Positions 38,904 through 48,993 of a stretch of 64,000 nt of DNA are shown here, piece after piece; within the stretch, counting starts at the first letter, position 1; each line of letters opens with the position of its first letter. Made by a program: the position numbers and the translations under genes. The notes below the pieces were generated by a model. That model made no database searches. It was not told the DNA's origin and saw only the letters and a program-made list of their open reading frames with translations. This DNA is from Armatimonadota bacterium (lineage in GTDB: Bacteria > Armatimonadota > HRBIN16). The DNA lies in contig OY781964.1 of assembly GCA_963677485.1 (NCBI GenBank), positions 1,728,001 to 1,792,000 on the forward strand, in the 5' to 3' direction.

Positions 38904-41396
38904 CTATTTGGTGATCCGCAGCCACACGGGTTTGCAGATGCCGCCTTTGCCCGTGGTATTCACCACTTTCACGCTCAAGCTGTTGCTCTGACCCCAGCGT
39001 AGGCTGTCGGTCACATCCACCTCAAACGCCTCTTGCCAGGACATAGTGTTGCCCTGGTAGGGGTAAGGACGGTCGATTAACAGCTTGCCGTTCAGCCAGA
39101 TGGTGCAAGCCTCATCGACTGCGCCAAATATCAGTGCTGCCTTTGTTCCGCTCTGTTTGGCAGGCGCCGCCAGCTCGGTGCGATACCAGCCGAGTCCGGT
39201 ATACGCCAAACCTTGGTGATCCTCCACCCATTTCTTGCCTTCGGGCTGATCATCCCAGGGGGCATCGACGCGCATCTTGAGCCATGCGGTGGTGTCGAGT
39301 GTTTCGTTGCTGTATCCCATCGATTCGCCGGTGCGGTCCTGATCCCAGGCAAACGCCCAGGTGTCAGCCAGTGGCTGCATCTCCCCGTAGTAGAGCCGTG
39401 CAAACTGCCGAGGCCAAGTTTCGCTTTCACTCCAGACCAGGAACCCCATGCTGGCCACATACTGGGTGTCCACTTTGGCGCGAGCGGTGTCCAGCGTGTT
39501 CAGTGCCTTGCCAAACGGCAGGATGTCGTTGGTCTTTTTGTAGTTTTCAAACGCGTCTTGCGCCTTCAGTGCCAGATCAGCCTGCTGCAAGCCTATCTGC
39601 AGGAATTGCGCCCGCTGCAGTGCCAGAGGGTCTGACGCGGCCGCTTTCAAGATGCCGCCCATCATCGCCTGAGCCTTCAGCATGATCTCCGGGGTGAAGA
39701 TCACACGGGCCACGCGGTTGAACCTGGCCCAGTCACCGCCGGTTTCCGAACAGGCCTTCTTGTAGGCCTTCACATCCAGGTTCAAGCTTACCTGCTCCAG
39801 GTAGTCAAGGTAACGCCTGACTTGCGCACTGGCCGGGCCGAACGCATGGCAATACTCCTTGACGATGGCGTCGTAGCGCATCTTGGGATTGTTCTGCAGG
39901 CGCGCCAGCGCATACATATTGATACCCTGCGCTGCATACTGGCCGATCAGCGAGTCGAAGTCGGTGGCGACCAGGCCGCGTTCCGCCGCGTAGTTGAACT
40001 CGTCGGTCATCTGCCGCGCATAGTTGATGGGCATACCCTGACCTTCCAGCGTGTAGTTTGGTCGGAGCATCAGTCGGCAGCCGGTTTGCGCCCAGCCATC
40101 CCACTGCTTGCGGAAGTCGTCGCTGTCCTCTTTCGTCCAGGGGAACACGTGGTTGGGCACGATGCCGATGATCACATGCGGGTCCAGTTTGGTTTTATAG
40201 GGCGGCTTCCAGTAGTTGGCGTAGGCGAAGCCCATCACGCAGGCCTCGGGGTCTACTTTTTGCGCCTCTGCCAGCACGGTCATGTAGAACCGGGCGTATC
40301 GGTCGCTCACGCTGCCCAGCTCGGTGCTCCATCCCGTCCAGTCGGGCTTCATCTGTGCAGTAAAGGCCCTTTTGGCCCTCTCCAGCCTATCGGTAAACAG
40401 CTCAGGATGTTCGGGGTCGGGCACGTCCCAGGCCAGGCAGTTGGGGCAGCAGCATTTACCGGGTGTGTCGTTCTCGCTGATATCCACATTCGGCACCTCT
40501 GCACTGCGAGTTGCCTTCCAGCGGGTGATGATCTCCTGGGTGAGCTGGGGGTTGCTGACACACATCGAGGTCAACTCGGGCGTGCTGTAATATGAGGGGT
40601 CAGGACGGCGGGTGCCGTCGGGCAACTGCGCGAAGAGATCCGGCCGAGTGGCCCCCAGCTCATTCCACCAAGTGGTGAAGGAGTGGTGGATGTCCATATT
40701 CACGCCCATCGCAACCCGGTTGCGGCGCTGCCAGATGGACTGCTGCCGCCGGAAGTCGATGCCTACCTCGGCTGTGCTCCAGGCGTTTGAGGCCCCGTGG
40801 TACGGTCCGGAGTCACGCAGGCGGGTATGGACCAGCGGCGGGTTCCAGCTTTGGCTCCAGGTGCCGATCTGCAGGCTTCTCCTCTGTGGCACCACCGTGC
40901 CAAGATCGCCCGGCCACAGCCACAGAGCACCTAGCCGCTTTTCGCAGAACTCATACACCGCGAACAGGCTGCCCATGCGTGTCCAGCAGTCCTGGGTCAA
41001 ACCGTAGGGGTCCATGATATCGTCAGCGCTGTCATTCCCCACCATGAGCAGTTTGTTGTCTAGCCGCTTGATGACGAAGCCGTTTGGTGCCTGCTTCTGT
41101 CCGTCCAAACCCGCCAGCTTCGCTGCGAGGCTCGCCCCGATGATGATCTGGGCCCTTTCGGGTAGGGCGTTGCCTTCGGTCGATATCGGCAGCGTGGCCC
41201 CGGTGGCTTTTTTGATGTGGTACTGCAGCTCCTGCGCGGCAAACTGCTCCACTTTCAGGGTGTTGGCAGGCACGACGATCGTAGCCTGCGCCACGCCGTC
41301 GCGCACCAGTACCAGCGGTTGGTCTTTAGCTGCCTGTGAGCTCATGGCTATGGCGCTCAGCAGCACACAGCCCAGGGATACGCCTCGGAATGACAT
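38904..41396 (-). CDS. Secreted DUF4838-like protein with C-terminal sugar-binding domain
   Basis: AAQELQYHIKKATGATL, GSLFAVYEF..LG..WLWPG, HHSF, MCVSNP, FAYANY; C-terminal GWYR...FGAVDE..IWLNG (GH2-type sugar-binding). Confidence 0.8.
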   Translation of the reverse strand: MSFRGVSLGCVLLSAIAMSSQAAKDQPLVLVRDGVAQATIVVPANTLKVEQFAAQELQYHIKKATGATLPISTEGNALPERAQIIIGASLAAKLAGLDGQKQAPNGFVIKRLDNKLLMVGNDSADDIMDPYGLTQDCWTRMGSLFAVYEFCEKRLGALWLWPGDLGTVVPQRRSLQIGTWSQSWNPPLVHTRLRDSGPYHGASNAWSTAEVGIDFRRQQSIWQRRNRVAMGVNMDIHHSFTTWWNELGATRPDLFAQLPDGTRRPDPSYYSTPELTSMCVSNPQLTQEIITRWKATRSAEVPNVDISENDTPGKCCCPNCLAWDVPDPEHPELFTDRLERAKRAFTAQMKPDWTGWSTELGSVSDRYARFYMTVLAEAQKVDPEACVMGFAYANYWKPPYKTKLDPHVIIGIVPNHVFPWTKEDSDDFRKQWDGWAQTGCRLMLRPNYTLEGQGMPINYARQMTDEFNYAAERGLVATDFDSLIGQYAAQGINMYALARLQNNPKMRYDAIVKEYCHAFGPASAQVRRYLDYLEQVSLNLDVKAYKKACSETGGDWARFNRVARVIFTPEIMLKAQAMMGGILKAAASDPLALQRAQFLQIGLQQADLALKAQDAFENYKKTNDILPFGKALNTLDTARAKVDTQYVASMGFLVWSESETWPRQFARLYYGEMQPLADTWAFAWDQDRTGESMGYSNETLDTTAWLKMRVDAPWDDQPEGKKWVEDHQGLAYTGLGWYRTELAAPAKQSGTKAALIFGAVDEACTIWLNGKLLIDRPYPYQGNTMSWQEAFEVDVTDSLRWGQSNSLSVKVVNTTGKGGICKPVWLRITK

Positions 41397-41674
41397 TAGA
41401 TTGGCCTCCGGAATGATGGATGCCATACCATTCGCCATCTTCAGGGTGATTCCCTGCGTGGGGGGAGGTTTGGCTCACGCGAAGGCGCGAAGGCGCGAAG
41501 GGTTGTCTCCGGGGCGGTCTGGCGGGTAGGGGGCGGGTTTCCCGATCCACACCAAGGGTTCAGGCATGCATGTGTTGTGTCGCGTCGGTTGTCAAAACTG
41601 CCGATTCGACGGATGGGACGAATCGGACCGATGGTCTGGCGTGGGGTGAACGATGTTCGCCCCCACCTCAGCCG

Positions 41675-43624
41675 CTAATAAGGCCACATGATGAAGGTCT
41701 TCGTGCCGGTGAGGGCGCTGATGAGGTACCACATGGTGCCCACCATACACTCGCCCAGCGTGAGGCCCAGGAAGAACGGCAAGGCGCGCTGGAACAGCTT
41801 CAAGCCACCGATCTTGAGCAGTGTGACCTTACAGGTCCAGGCGATGAGCATGGTGAACCAGATCATCGCACCGCCCCAGTTGGCACTCACCGCCAGCCCC
41901 ACCGGATGCAATGGGAAGCTGACCATCTGAAGCCGGACGAGAAACAGCGCGATAGTTGCGATGAACCCAACCGCCATCGCCGCAATGACATTCCCCTGTC
42001 GGACCACACCTTGGACACCCGACTTGGTGGTCTGTGCCAGCGTGTATCCTTCGTTGCCGAAAATCATACTGACATACGGGCTGTCCACCTTGGCGGCGGC
42101 ACCCCAATGGTAGTGCAGCCCCACGTTGATGAAGAAGGCGCAGACACACGCCCAAACCGCGGCCAGCACGATCGCCCAGAACATGCTTCGCATACTGGTT
42201 TGCGTGCGCTCCGCCGCGCGGTAGCTTTCTGCGGCCAGCGGCATGGGGTTGCTGCGGAATCCACGGCAGAACCCATGCACAAAGGGGATCATCGCGATGT
42301 CGGAGTTGGTCATATTCGTGTTTCCGAACAATACCGGGATCAAGCGGTCCGACGCACCCTCTCCCTGCTCCGTCTCGGGCACACCCAGCTCCGCCCTCAT
42401 GCGGGCAAATGCGATGGAGATCAGTAGATAGAGTCCCAGCACCGCGCAGATCATCCAGGCACTCATCCCTGCGATCGAAAAGAACCCGAACAAAGCCAGT
42501 TGCGCGAATATAAACCCCCACGCCGCCCACCGATAGGGCAGCGGCTCATTCGCGTCCTCGCCGTCGCTTTTCCGCCAGATCGCGGACAAACCCTTCCACA
42601 GCGCGTGGCGCGCCATGTAGATAGTAAACGCCGAGATGGCAAAAATGCACCCGATCATCTGCTGCTGCACATATGGGAAGCCCGGTATCTGGCTCCAGCC
42701 GTATTGCGCGGCGATGACCGGCTCCAGCTTCCAGCACCAGAAGAAGAACCAGAGCGAAAACAGCAGGTCAGTCGGCAGCAGCACACCGATACCCAGCAGC
42801 CACGGGAAGAAGGCCATGGGCGTCCATCCGATGGAGTTCCAGGGCGGGCTGGTGATGAATGTTTCTAGCTGCAGCATCCGTGTATAAGGAATAGGGATGG
42901 TGGGGAACAACGCGGCCAGACCGAACCAGCAGTCGTGGATGGCCGCGATACCGAAAGCGGTCCAGAACAGCGGGTTGCGGAACACCGGCTGTTTGGGCTG
43001 CAGCAGCTCCAGGGTGAACTGCACCAGCGGGTAGCTCAACCGCTCGCGCTCTGTCCACTGTTTTCGCAGCACCGCCGCCAGGCACATCGTGCCAAACGCG
43101 AGCACGCTGAAGAAAGCCGACCAGATCAGCAATGGTTTTACCCAGACCGCCATCTCTTTGGCTTGCCAGAAGTTTACATTGCCCGTGTAGTAGGACTGCA
43201 GTGCATGGGGATCACTGACCGCCATCCATTTGGGGATGTATGGAAGGATGTCGCGTGCCCAGCCGTTGGCAGGGTTCGCGTACTGGTAGCCGTAAGTCAG
43301 GGTGGGCGTCATCACCGCGATCAGGTCATGCGAGCTCATCGAGGCACCCATGAACGCCATGAAGTAGACCGTGAGAACCTCACCGGTGCTCATCTTCCAG
43401 GACGGCCTGATCCGGCCAGCCAGGGAGTTGAATCCCACGATGATCAGCAACAGTGCCAGTATGTGCGGCATCGGGGCAACGGTGGTCGGCTGACCCGCAT
43501 AACGGATCTCTTCCACGCTCATGTTGAACCAGGCCACGCCCGGTATCAACAGCAGCCCGAGCAATATGGCCCTGATGCTCACTCCTTTCGGCTTGGCGGT
43601 GGGTGGGTCGGTCTGGGATGGCAT
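41675..43624 (-). CDS. Polytopic membrane protein (DUF6785/DUF6784-like, putative OPT-related transporter)
   Basis: Many TM helices; LRKQWTERERLSYPL, ARMRAELG, PLHPVG, PFFLGLTLGE motifs. Confidence 0.75.
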   Translation of the reverse strand: MPSQTDPPTAKPKGVSIRAILLGLLLIPGVAWFNMSVEEIRYAGQPTTVAPMPHILALLLIIVGFNSLAGRIRPSWKMSTGEVLTVYFMAFMGASMSSHDLIAVMTPTLTYGYQYANPANGWARDILPYIPKWMAVSDPHALQSYYTGNVNFWQAKEMAVWVKPLLIWSAFFSVLAFGTMCLAAVLRKQWTERERLSYPLVQFTLELLQPKQPVFRNPLFWTAFGIAAIHDCWFGLAALFPTIPIPYTRMLQLETFITSPPWNSIGWTPMAFFPWLLGIGVLLPTDLLFSLWFFFWCWKLEPVIAAQYGWSQIPGFPYVQQQMIGCIFAISAFTIYMARHALWKGLSAIWRKSDGEDANEPLPYRWAAWGFIFAQLALFGFFSIAGMSAWMICAVLGLYLLISIAFARMRAELGVPETEQGEGASDRLIPVLFGNTNMTNSDIAMIPFVHGFCRGFRSNPMPLAAESYRAAERTQTSMRSMFWAIVLAAVWACVCAFFINVGLHYHWGAAAKVDSPYVSMIFGNEGYTLAQTTKSGVQGVVRQGNVIAAMAVGFIATIALFLVRLQMVSFPLHPVGLAVSANWGGAMIWFTMLIAWTCKVTLLKIGGLKLFQRALPFFLGLTLGECMVGTMWYLISALTGTKTFIMWPY

Positions 43625-43818
43625 GTTTGTACCTCTGAAAGTTGTGTAGATATATGATATCGCATCGGCACATATCTGAGGACATTGCCACAAAGGCTCA
43701 CTTGCTCAGCACCACATTTGGTAGAGTTGCTATGATCCCAACCACCGCACGATATTACCATGACCATCCAACCTTCGATGTAACCCTGTAGGTACACTCA
43801 GTACAGGAGGACCGTTCT

Positions 43819-44847
43819 ATGTTTGGAAACACCCCTTCCGCACCTGTCCGCGCCCCCGAGTTTGTCAGCGGCTCCGATATGTGGATCAACTCCCCAAAAC
43901 TCACCATAGCTTCGTTAAGGGGCAAGGTGGTTTTGGTGGATTTCTGGGAATATACATGTGTCAACTGCATCCGCACCCTGCCTTATGTGAAGCAATGGTA
44001 TGACCGGTATCACGAACTGGGTATAGTGATTGTGGGCATACACACCCCCGAGTTTGAGTTCGCGAAGAGCAGCGCGAATGTGGCGCAGGCTGTAAAGCGG
44101 TTCGGCATCAGCTACCCCGTTCTGGTCGACTCAGACTACGGCAACTGGCGCGCTTACGCCAACAGTTACTGGCCGCGGAAATACCTGATCGACCCCACCG
44201 GCCGAATCGTGTACGACCATGCCGGTGAAGGCGGCTATCAGAAGACCGAATCTATGATCCAGTCGCTGTTGAGGAAACTGCACCCGGGTGTGAGACTGCC
44301 TGAACTGTTGGCCCCCGTGCGAGGCTCCGATAAGGAAGGCGCGGTCTGCTACCCCACCAGCCCGGAGCTTTACTGCGGCTCTCGGGGCATCCAAAGCGGG
44401 CAGTTTGCACAGTATGAGCATTGGCGTTTGGGTCAGGTGGTTGCGTTCGATGCCCCGGCTCCCCCATTTCCCCGCAGTCAGATTGTGCTCAAAGGTCGAT
44501 GGCAGTGCCTGGAGGAGTGCCTGAGGCATCCCACCAAAACCGCAGCGAATCAGGACGCTATCTCTGTCCGGTATTATGCGAAAGAGGCGAATGCGGTTCT
44601 GAAGAGCACATCCGGTGCGGCTTTGACGGTTTATGTCACGCAGGATGATCGGCCCGTGCGCAAGCCGGACGCCGGTAGTGATATCCAGTACGATGCTGGC
44701 GGACACAGTTTTGTTGTGCTGAACCAGCCGCGGATGTATCACCTGACCAGCAACGCCAAATACGGTGAGCATGTGCTGACCATGAGCAGCGACGCCGATG
44801 GGTTTGAGGTGTATTCCTACACCTTCAGCAGCTGCGAGGTGGAGTAG
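43819..44847 (+). CDS. Redoxin with DipZ-like C-terminal domain
   Basis: LRGKVVLVDFWEYTCVNC (CxxC), GIHTPEFEF, YWPRKYLID, HAGEGGY, SPELYCG. Confidence 0.88.
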   Translation: MFGNTPSAPVRAPEFVSGSDMWINSPKLTIASLRGKVVLVDFWEYTCVNCIRTLPYVKQWYDRYHELGIVIVGIHTPEFEFAKSSANVAQAVKRFGISYPVLVDSDYGNWRAYANSYWPRKYLIDPTGRIVYDHAGEGGYQKTESMIQSLLRKLHPGVRLPELLAPVRGSDKEGAVCYPTSPELYCGSRGIQSGQFAQYEHWRLGQVVAFDAPAPPFPRSQIVLKGRWQCLEECLRHPTKTAANQDAISVRYYAKEANAVLKSTSGAALTVYVTQDDRPVRKPDAGSDIQYDAGGHSFVVLNQPRMYHLTSNAKYGEHVLTMSSDADGFEVYSYTFSSCEVE

Positions 44848-45170
44848 CGGGGGGTGATAGTACCACAACAACAGTCATATTCAATGGCAACTCCTGAACG
44901 TTATTACTCGACCACTACCTGGTAAATCATACGAATGAACGGGCCGATATGTATACCGCTGTAGTCGTTGGAAGTGACTTGTCAGGTTATGTTGGTGCGA
45001 TGATAGCCATGGTAGAGTAGTCGTCAGCTTGAGCTACACCAAGCACCCCAACCTATAGAGTCAATTGCGTCGGCGGTGCCTTCAAGCAAATGGGGCGGTG
45101 GGCAGTAGGCATTATCCCTCAACCGCCCTCAACTAACATAAAGCTCACGCGGTGTGACGCAGTTTTCAGA

Positions 45171-45608
45171 CTAGGCTTTCAAGCTGGGACATACTTGGTG
45201 ATCGGGGTCCCACCATAATAATCGTAATATGTGGCCTTCTTTAATCCCCCACACTCGGTTATCACCTTCAATGCGTAGTGAAAACAGCTCATCAATGTCG
45301 TCCAGCTTTATTGCTTCCAGCCTGTCTCTGGCAGGTTTGCTCAGTCTGTCTTTGCTGACATTATGGCTGTGACGGCCGCTAATAATCTCGGTCCAGTTCA
45401 TCTTTTCGAAATTCCCAAGCTTTGTCAGGAACTCCACTATTTCAAATACACTCGCGCAACACCCAATATGGTACGGACCTTCGCGGTCAAGAAGCTGGAA
45501 TGAAAATACAGGCAGTCTTTCGGACATGCCTGTATCAACCGTGCCTGGCTTTTTCCCTTTGCTTGCAAAGTTGGTATTTGGGTTCTTTCCGGCTTTCCTC
45601 TTGTCCAT
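45171..45608 (-). CDS. Hypothetical protein, candidate toxin partner of the Panacea antitoxin
   Basis: 145 aa; ATG immediately follows the upstream TAA; LFSLRIEG..RVWG....LRLLWWDPDH C-terminus suggests a RelE-like beta-sheet. Confidence 0.65.
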   Translation of the reverse strand: MDKRKAGKNPNTNFASKGKKPGTVDTGMSERLPVFSFQLLDREGPYHIGCCASVFEIVEFLTKLGNFEKMNWTEIISGRHSHNVSKDRLSKPARDRLEAIKLDDIDELFSLRIEGDNRVWGIKEGHILRLLWWDPDHQVCPSLKA

Positions 45609-46052
45609 TTACTGATCGGAAGGTTCAAGCCCAGAGTAATACTCTGCCATAGATGCATGAGATATCACGCTGGTGCCTCTGTCTCCAGCCGCTAACCCTG
45701 CCCGCGCCAAGATCCATGGTTCTTCATGATGTGTGATGTCGCTTAGTTGCTGGGCATTCATTGGCCAGTAGAACTCAAGAACGGCATTTACGGTCTCTTT
45801 TGCCAGATCATCTAGTTTGTTGACATCACCAAGCGGCCACTTGTCTATCATGTACTGGCCCTTGTGGACCGCGTATAAATCGGGGACTACAGGCCCGTTT
45901 GCCCATGCTTGGATTTCTTCATCAAACATCGGGCGTTCATCCCATACCAGCGACCATGCCTGCGAGTAATACACCAGCTTCTGAAGTTTCATAGCAGAGA
46001 CCGGCCCTTGTTTCTCAATGATGTATGCTGTAACGTCATGAGCCGTAGCCAT
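45609..46052 (-). CDS. Panacea domain (DUF4065, SocA/GepA-like) antitoxin
   Basis: MKLQKLVYYSQAW, AWANGPVVPDLY and LSDITHHEEPW motifs; GGAGG RBS. Confidence 0.92.
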   Translation of the reverse strand: MATAHDVTAYIIEKQGPVSAMKLQKLVYYSQAWSLVWDERPMFDEEIQAWANGPVVPDLYAVHKGQYMIDKWPLGDVNKLDDLAKETVNAVLEFYWPMNAQQLSDITHHEEPWILARAGLAAGDRGTSVISHASMAEYYSGLEPSDQ

Positions 46053-46564
46053 TACTCAACCCCTCCACCCCTTAGTGTCCTTCATTGTCTGTGCAATGAT
46101 ATGTCCTATCATACCACATATAAGACGATGTTCATGCATTTTTGGTACATAGACATCACCCCACTTTATAGAGGTCGGCAACTATGCGATCAGTTACCGG
46201 CCTCTGCAGATCGCGTATGGTTGGAGTTTCATGCTTGCACACGGTACATACTTTAACGCATATGTATCTACATGACAACTGTTCAGAAAACCACGCCATC
46301 CGGCACCTGACGTCCCCCTAGGGTAGGATACTTTCTAGCCAGGCAGTCTGCCCAGCTTGTTGCGCCACATCACCAGCGGACTCATGCTTTCCTGCCAAAC
46401 CGCTCTGAACTAACAATACCATCAACCCACCAAAACAAAATACCCTCCTTCTGGGGTATCATTATTTCTGTTGTATACCGCATTTACCTTTTATATATGG
46501 TACTATATTTGCTAATATTCACTTTGATCAGTTCGTGCGGGATTCGCATTACTTTCGCCCCCTG

Positions 46565-46585
46565 GAGTCTAATTCTGAGTCTAAT
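46565..46585. promoter_or_regulatory. Candidate integrase arm-type binding sites
   Basis: GAGTCTAAT repeated directly at 46565-46573 and 46577-46585, overlapping the int stop codon. Confidence 0.45.
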
Positions 46586-47648
46586 CGACCTTCCGAATGA
46601 TCGCTTTGACCTTCCACATCTCACGAACTGCCTCGTCAGCACCAGGTAGCACGTGACTATATACGTCCAATGTGGTCTTGATGCTGTTGTGACCAAGACG
46701 GGCCGAAACCGCCGGTATGGTCATCCCGTGATGCAGAAGATAGCTGGCATGGGCATGCCGAAACATATGGGGATGGAACTCCACACCAATCGCCTCAGAT
46801 GCGATCTTGACCGCGTTTGATATGAGGGTGGAGTTATACGGATTGGACCGTCGTGACAACACATACAGGAACTTGCACTGCGATGCCAGGTAGTGTAATA
46901 CCTCGATCGCACCATCAGGCAGTGTGATAGTTCGTATGCTGCTCACTGTTTTCGGGGTGGTGATCTGACCCCGGGTATACTGCCGACTAACAGTCAATCT
47001 GCCCAGGTCGAAGTCAACATCACTCCACATCAAGCCGCACGCTTCACCCACGCGCAAGCCTGTATAATACAGAAGCTTACACCTGGCGGCCATCATCGGA
47101 CTGTGCTCATCTAGGAAGGCGATGATCCGCTCCGCATATTCGACCACCCTCTGGTCGACCTTCCGGGCGGACGCCGGCACCTTGATACCGTCCGTAGGTT
47201 TACGCAGTAGATAGCCACGTTCGATTGCCCAAGACGCCATGAGGCTTAATATGGTGATGCGGTGTTTGATAGTCGATGCTGCCATTCCGGCCTCAAGAGC
47301 AGCATCGACTACCTGCTGCACGATATCCCGGTTCAACTGAGACAGCCGTGTCGAAGGGAGTGCTCCCGCCCACATCCGGGTACCGCTCAACACATTATCA
47401 GCCGATGTCTTGCATATCCCCTTTTGATATTCGGTAAACCAGCTCTCAAACGCCTCAGCTACGGTCATTTTGGTGGCTGTAGGATGTACACCTCCGTCGA
47501 TCTGAACCAACAGGTCGCGTCGCCACCGGTTCAGTTCTGTCTTGCTGTCTGCTACATGGCTATAACTACGACCATGAACCATCAACCTGATCCGCAGCCG
47601 ACCATTCGGCATTCGTGATATGGTGCCTTCATGTTTATCGCGGCGCAT
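46581..47648 (-). CDS. int: Phage tyrosine integrase
   Basis: YTGLRVGE (R), PKT (K), HMFRH (HxxR), LGH, DVYSH (Y); N-terminal GTISR..NGR arm-binding region. Confidence 0.95.
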   Translation of the reverse strand: MRRDKHEGTISRMPNGRLRIRLMVHGRSYSHVADSKTELNRWRRDLLVQIDGGVHPTATKMTVAEAFESWFTEYQKGICKTSADNVLSGTRMWAGALPSTRLSQLNRDIVQQVVDAALEAGMAASTIKHRITILSLMASWAIERGYLLRKPTDGIKVPASARKVDQRVVEYAERIIAFLDEHSPMMAARCKLLYYTGLRVGEACGLMWSDVDFDLGRLTVSRQYTRGQITTPKTVSSIRTITLPDGAIEVLHYLASQCKFLYVLSRRSNPYNSTLISNAVKIASEAIGVEFHPHMFRHAHASYLLHHGMTIPAVSARLGHNSIKTTLDVYSHVLPGADEAVREMWKVKAIIRKVD

Positions 47649-47889
47649 GATGGGCCACCCTTCGCGATAATGCATAGTCGATTAAGTCTTTCCTGGCCAC
47701 TTTATACCCACGGCCGATTTTGAAGTGTGGCAGGTCACCGCGAACAATAGCGTCGCGTAGGTGCCTTGCGCTGCATTTCATGAATTCGGCAGCTTCAGTC
47801 AATGGCATCAGGTCAGGAAACTCAGGCGTGTCATCACGGATCACGGGTACATCCTTATGTATGTCGAATTTGATTGCAGGTCTACCCAT
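47635..47889 (-). CDS. xis: Excisionase-family helix-turn-helix protein
   Basis: LMPLTEAAEFMKCS...IVRGDLPHFKIGRGYKV pattern; overlaps the int start; AGGAGGT RBS. Confidence 0.85.
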   Translation of the reverse strand: MGRPAIKFDIHKDVPVIRDDTPEFPDLMPLTEAAEFMKCSARHLRDAIVRGDLPHFKIGRGYKVARKDLIDYALSRRVAHHAPR

Positions 47890-47890
47890 T

Positions 47891-48196
47891 TCACTCGACC
47901 TCCTTAAGTCGGCTAGCTAGGGAATCCAGAACGGATGTAATGGCGTTACGGAAGTCGAGCACACAGAGATCATGTTTAAAGCGTAACCACCCGAGAGCTT
48001 GCCGAAGGTTGTTTGTGTATATACCGTCCCTACATCCCAGTGGTTCACACGTATATACCGCCACGTATTTTGGCTTTGAACCTCCCATACCAAACCTCGC
48101 AGATATGGCAACATGTCCATTGAAAAAGCCAGGCGAGTGCGGTGATCTCAAAGTCCACACTAGATTGTTGTGTCGTCGTCTGCTTGCTCTACCCAT
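47891..48196 (-). CDS. Phage hypothetical protein
   Basis: AAGGAGG RBS before MGRASRRR; packed between neighbouring genes. Confidence 0.6.
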   Translation of the reverse strand: MGRASRRRHNNLVWTLRSPHSPGFFNGHVAISARFGMGGSKPKYVAVYTCEPLGCRDGIYTNNLRQALGWLRFKHDLCVLDFRNAITSVLDSLASRLKEVE

Positions 48197-48198
48197 TC

Positions 48199-48408
48199 TT
48201 ATCTCCTCCTTAAATCTTGCCGGTGGCCCCGGCTTGTGTTCAAACCGGCGGGTTGAACGGGGCCACCTTCTCGCCGCTCCAACTGGAGCGCACGCCACGA
48301 CAACTCATTGCCGCACACGCCGCATATACCGCTGCCGTCCGGCATCAGATGCACGAAGGGCGACACACGCCCGCAACGGCCGCACCTGGTGTTATGGGCA
48401 ACCATCAC
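48199..48408 (-). CDS. Small phage protein with two CxxC motifs (zinc-finger-like)
   Basis: CGRCG...CGVCG; start overlaps the upstream stop codon. Confidence 0.6.
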   Translation of the reverse strand: MMVAHNTRCGRCGRVSPFVHLMPDGSGICGVCGNELSWRALQLERREGGPVQPAGLNTSRGHRQDLRRR

Positions 48409-48503
48409 CGGTCACCACGAAACAACGCATACCCCACACCCAGGCCGATGTAGAAGCAGACCACTCCGACCACCGCAATGGCCATGATCAACCTATCGAT
48501 CAT
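48405..48503 (-). CDS. 32-aa single-TM phage peptide (below the ORF-track cut-off)
   Basis: MIDRLIMAIAVVGVVCFYIGLGVGYALFRGDR; ATGA/GTGA overlaps at both ends. Confidence 0.6.
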   Translation of the reverse strand: MIDRLIMAIAVVGVVCFYIGLGVGYALFRGDR

Positions 48504-48712
48504 CGGGATCGCCTCTTACCCACCGTGGCGGTCTCTAGCTCAGGTTCAACAGTGCCAGGTAGAGGCCGGTTCACCCGGCTCTCCATCTCGGCCACGATCT
48601 CGTCATACTCGCGCCTGGCGGTCTTCAGCTCCTCGGTCAACCGGGCGATATCAGCCTTCTTGCGTGCCCACATCTCCATCAACTCCACGGCCAACGTCTC
48701 CTTCGATATCAT
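48500..48712 (-). CDS. Phage hypothetical coiled-coil protein
   Basis: 70 aa; ATGA coupling on both sides. Confidence 0.65.
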   Translation of the reverse strand: MISKETLAVELMEMWARKKADIARLTEELKTARREYDEIVAEMESRVNRPLPGTVEPELETATVGKRRSR

Positions 48713-48924
48713 CGGACCGCCTCCAGCTCAAGCACCATCTGGCCTTCTATGTGCTGGCAGTTGGCGATGTGGTCCCGGACCGCGGTCATGACAGCCAGCT
48801 CTCGCTGGGCATCCTCCGGGCGCATTTCACCACGCTGCACACGCTTGCTGTATACGCCGTTGCGCATCTTCAACTCGCGGTTCAGGCAGCGCAGCATCTC
48901 TTCTCTGGTCACTCTTGGTTCCAT
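48709..48924 (-). CDS. Phage hypothetical protein
   Basis: AGGAGG RBS before MEPRVT; C..RELKMR..VY..RV..G.M pattern seen in small phage proteins. Confidence 0.7.
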   Translation of the reverse strand: MEPRVTREEMLRCLNRELKMRNGVYSKRVQRGEMRPEDAQRELAVMTAVRDHIANCQHIEGQMVLELEAVR

Positions 48925-48993
48925 AGTTCCTCCTGTATAATGGAGGTGGATGCTCCTAATCGTCCACCTCATGACGCCTGAGAACTGCAATTC

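Noticed and set aside
41474-41500. ctcacgcgaaggcgcgaaggcgcgaag short tandem motif (similar at 3327-3344; a cggatgg run at ~12177)
   Set aside because: Too short and low in complexity to assign a function; noted only as a further minor intergenic repeat
46060-46580. tRNA/tmRNA integration target next to the integrase
   Set aside because: No cloverleaf or GTTCGA T-loop with an acceptor stem found by eye
47874-48791. 305-aa plus-strand ORF
   Set aside because: Antisense shadow of coupled minus-strand phage genes that have clear RBSs; composition is not protein-like
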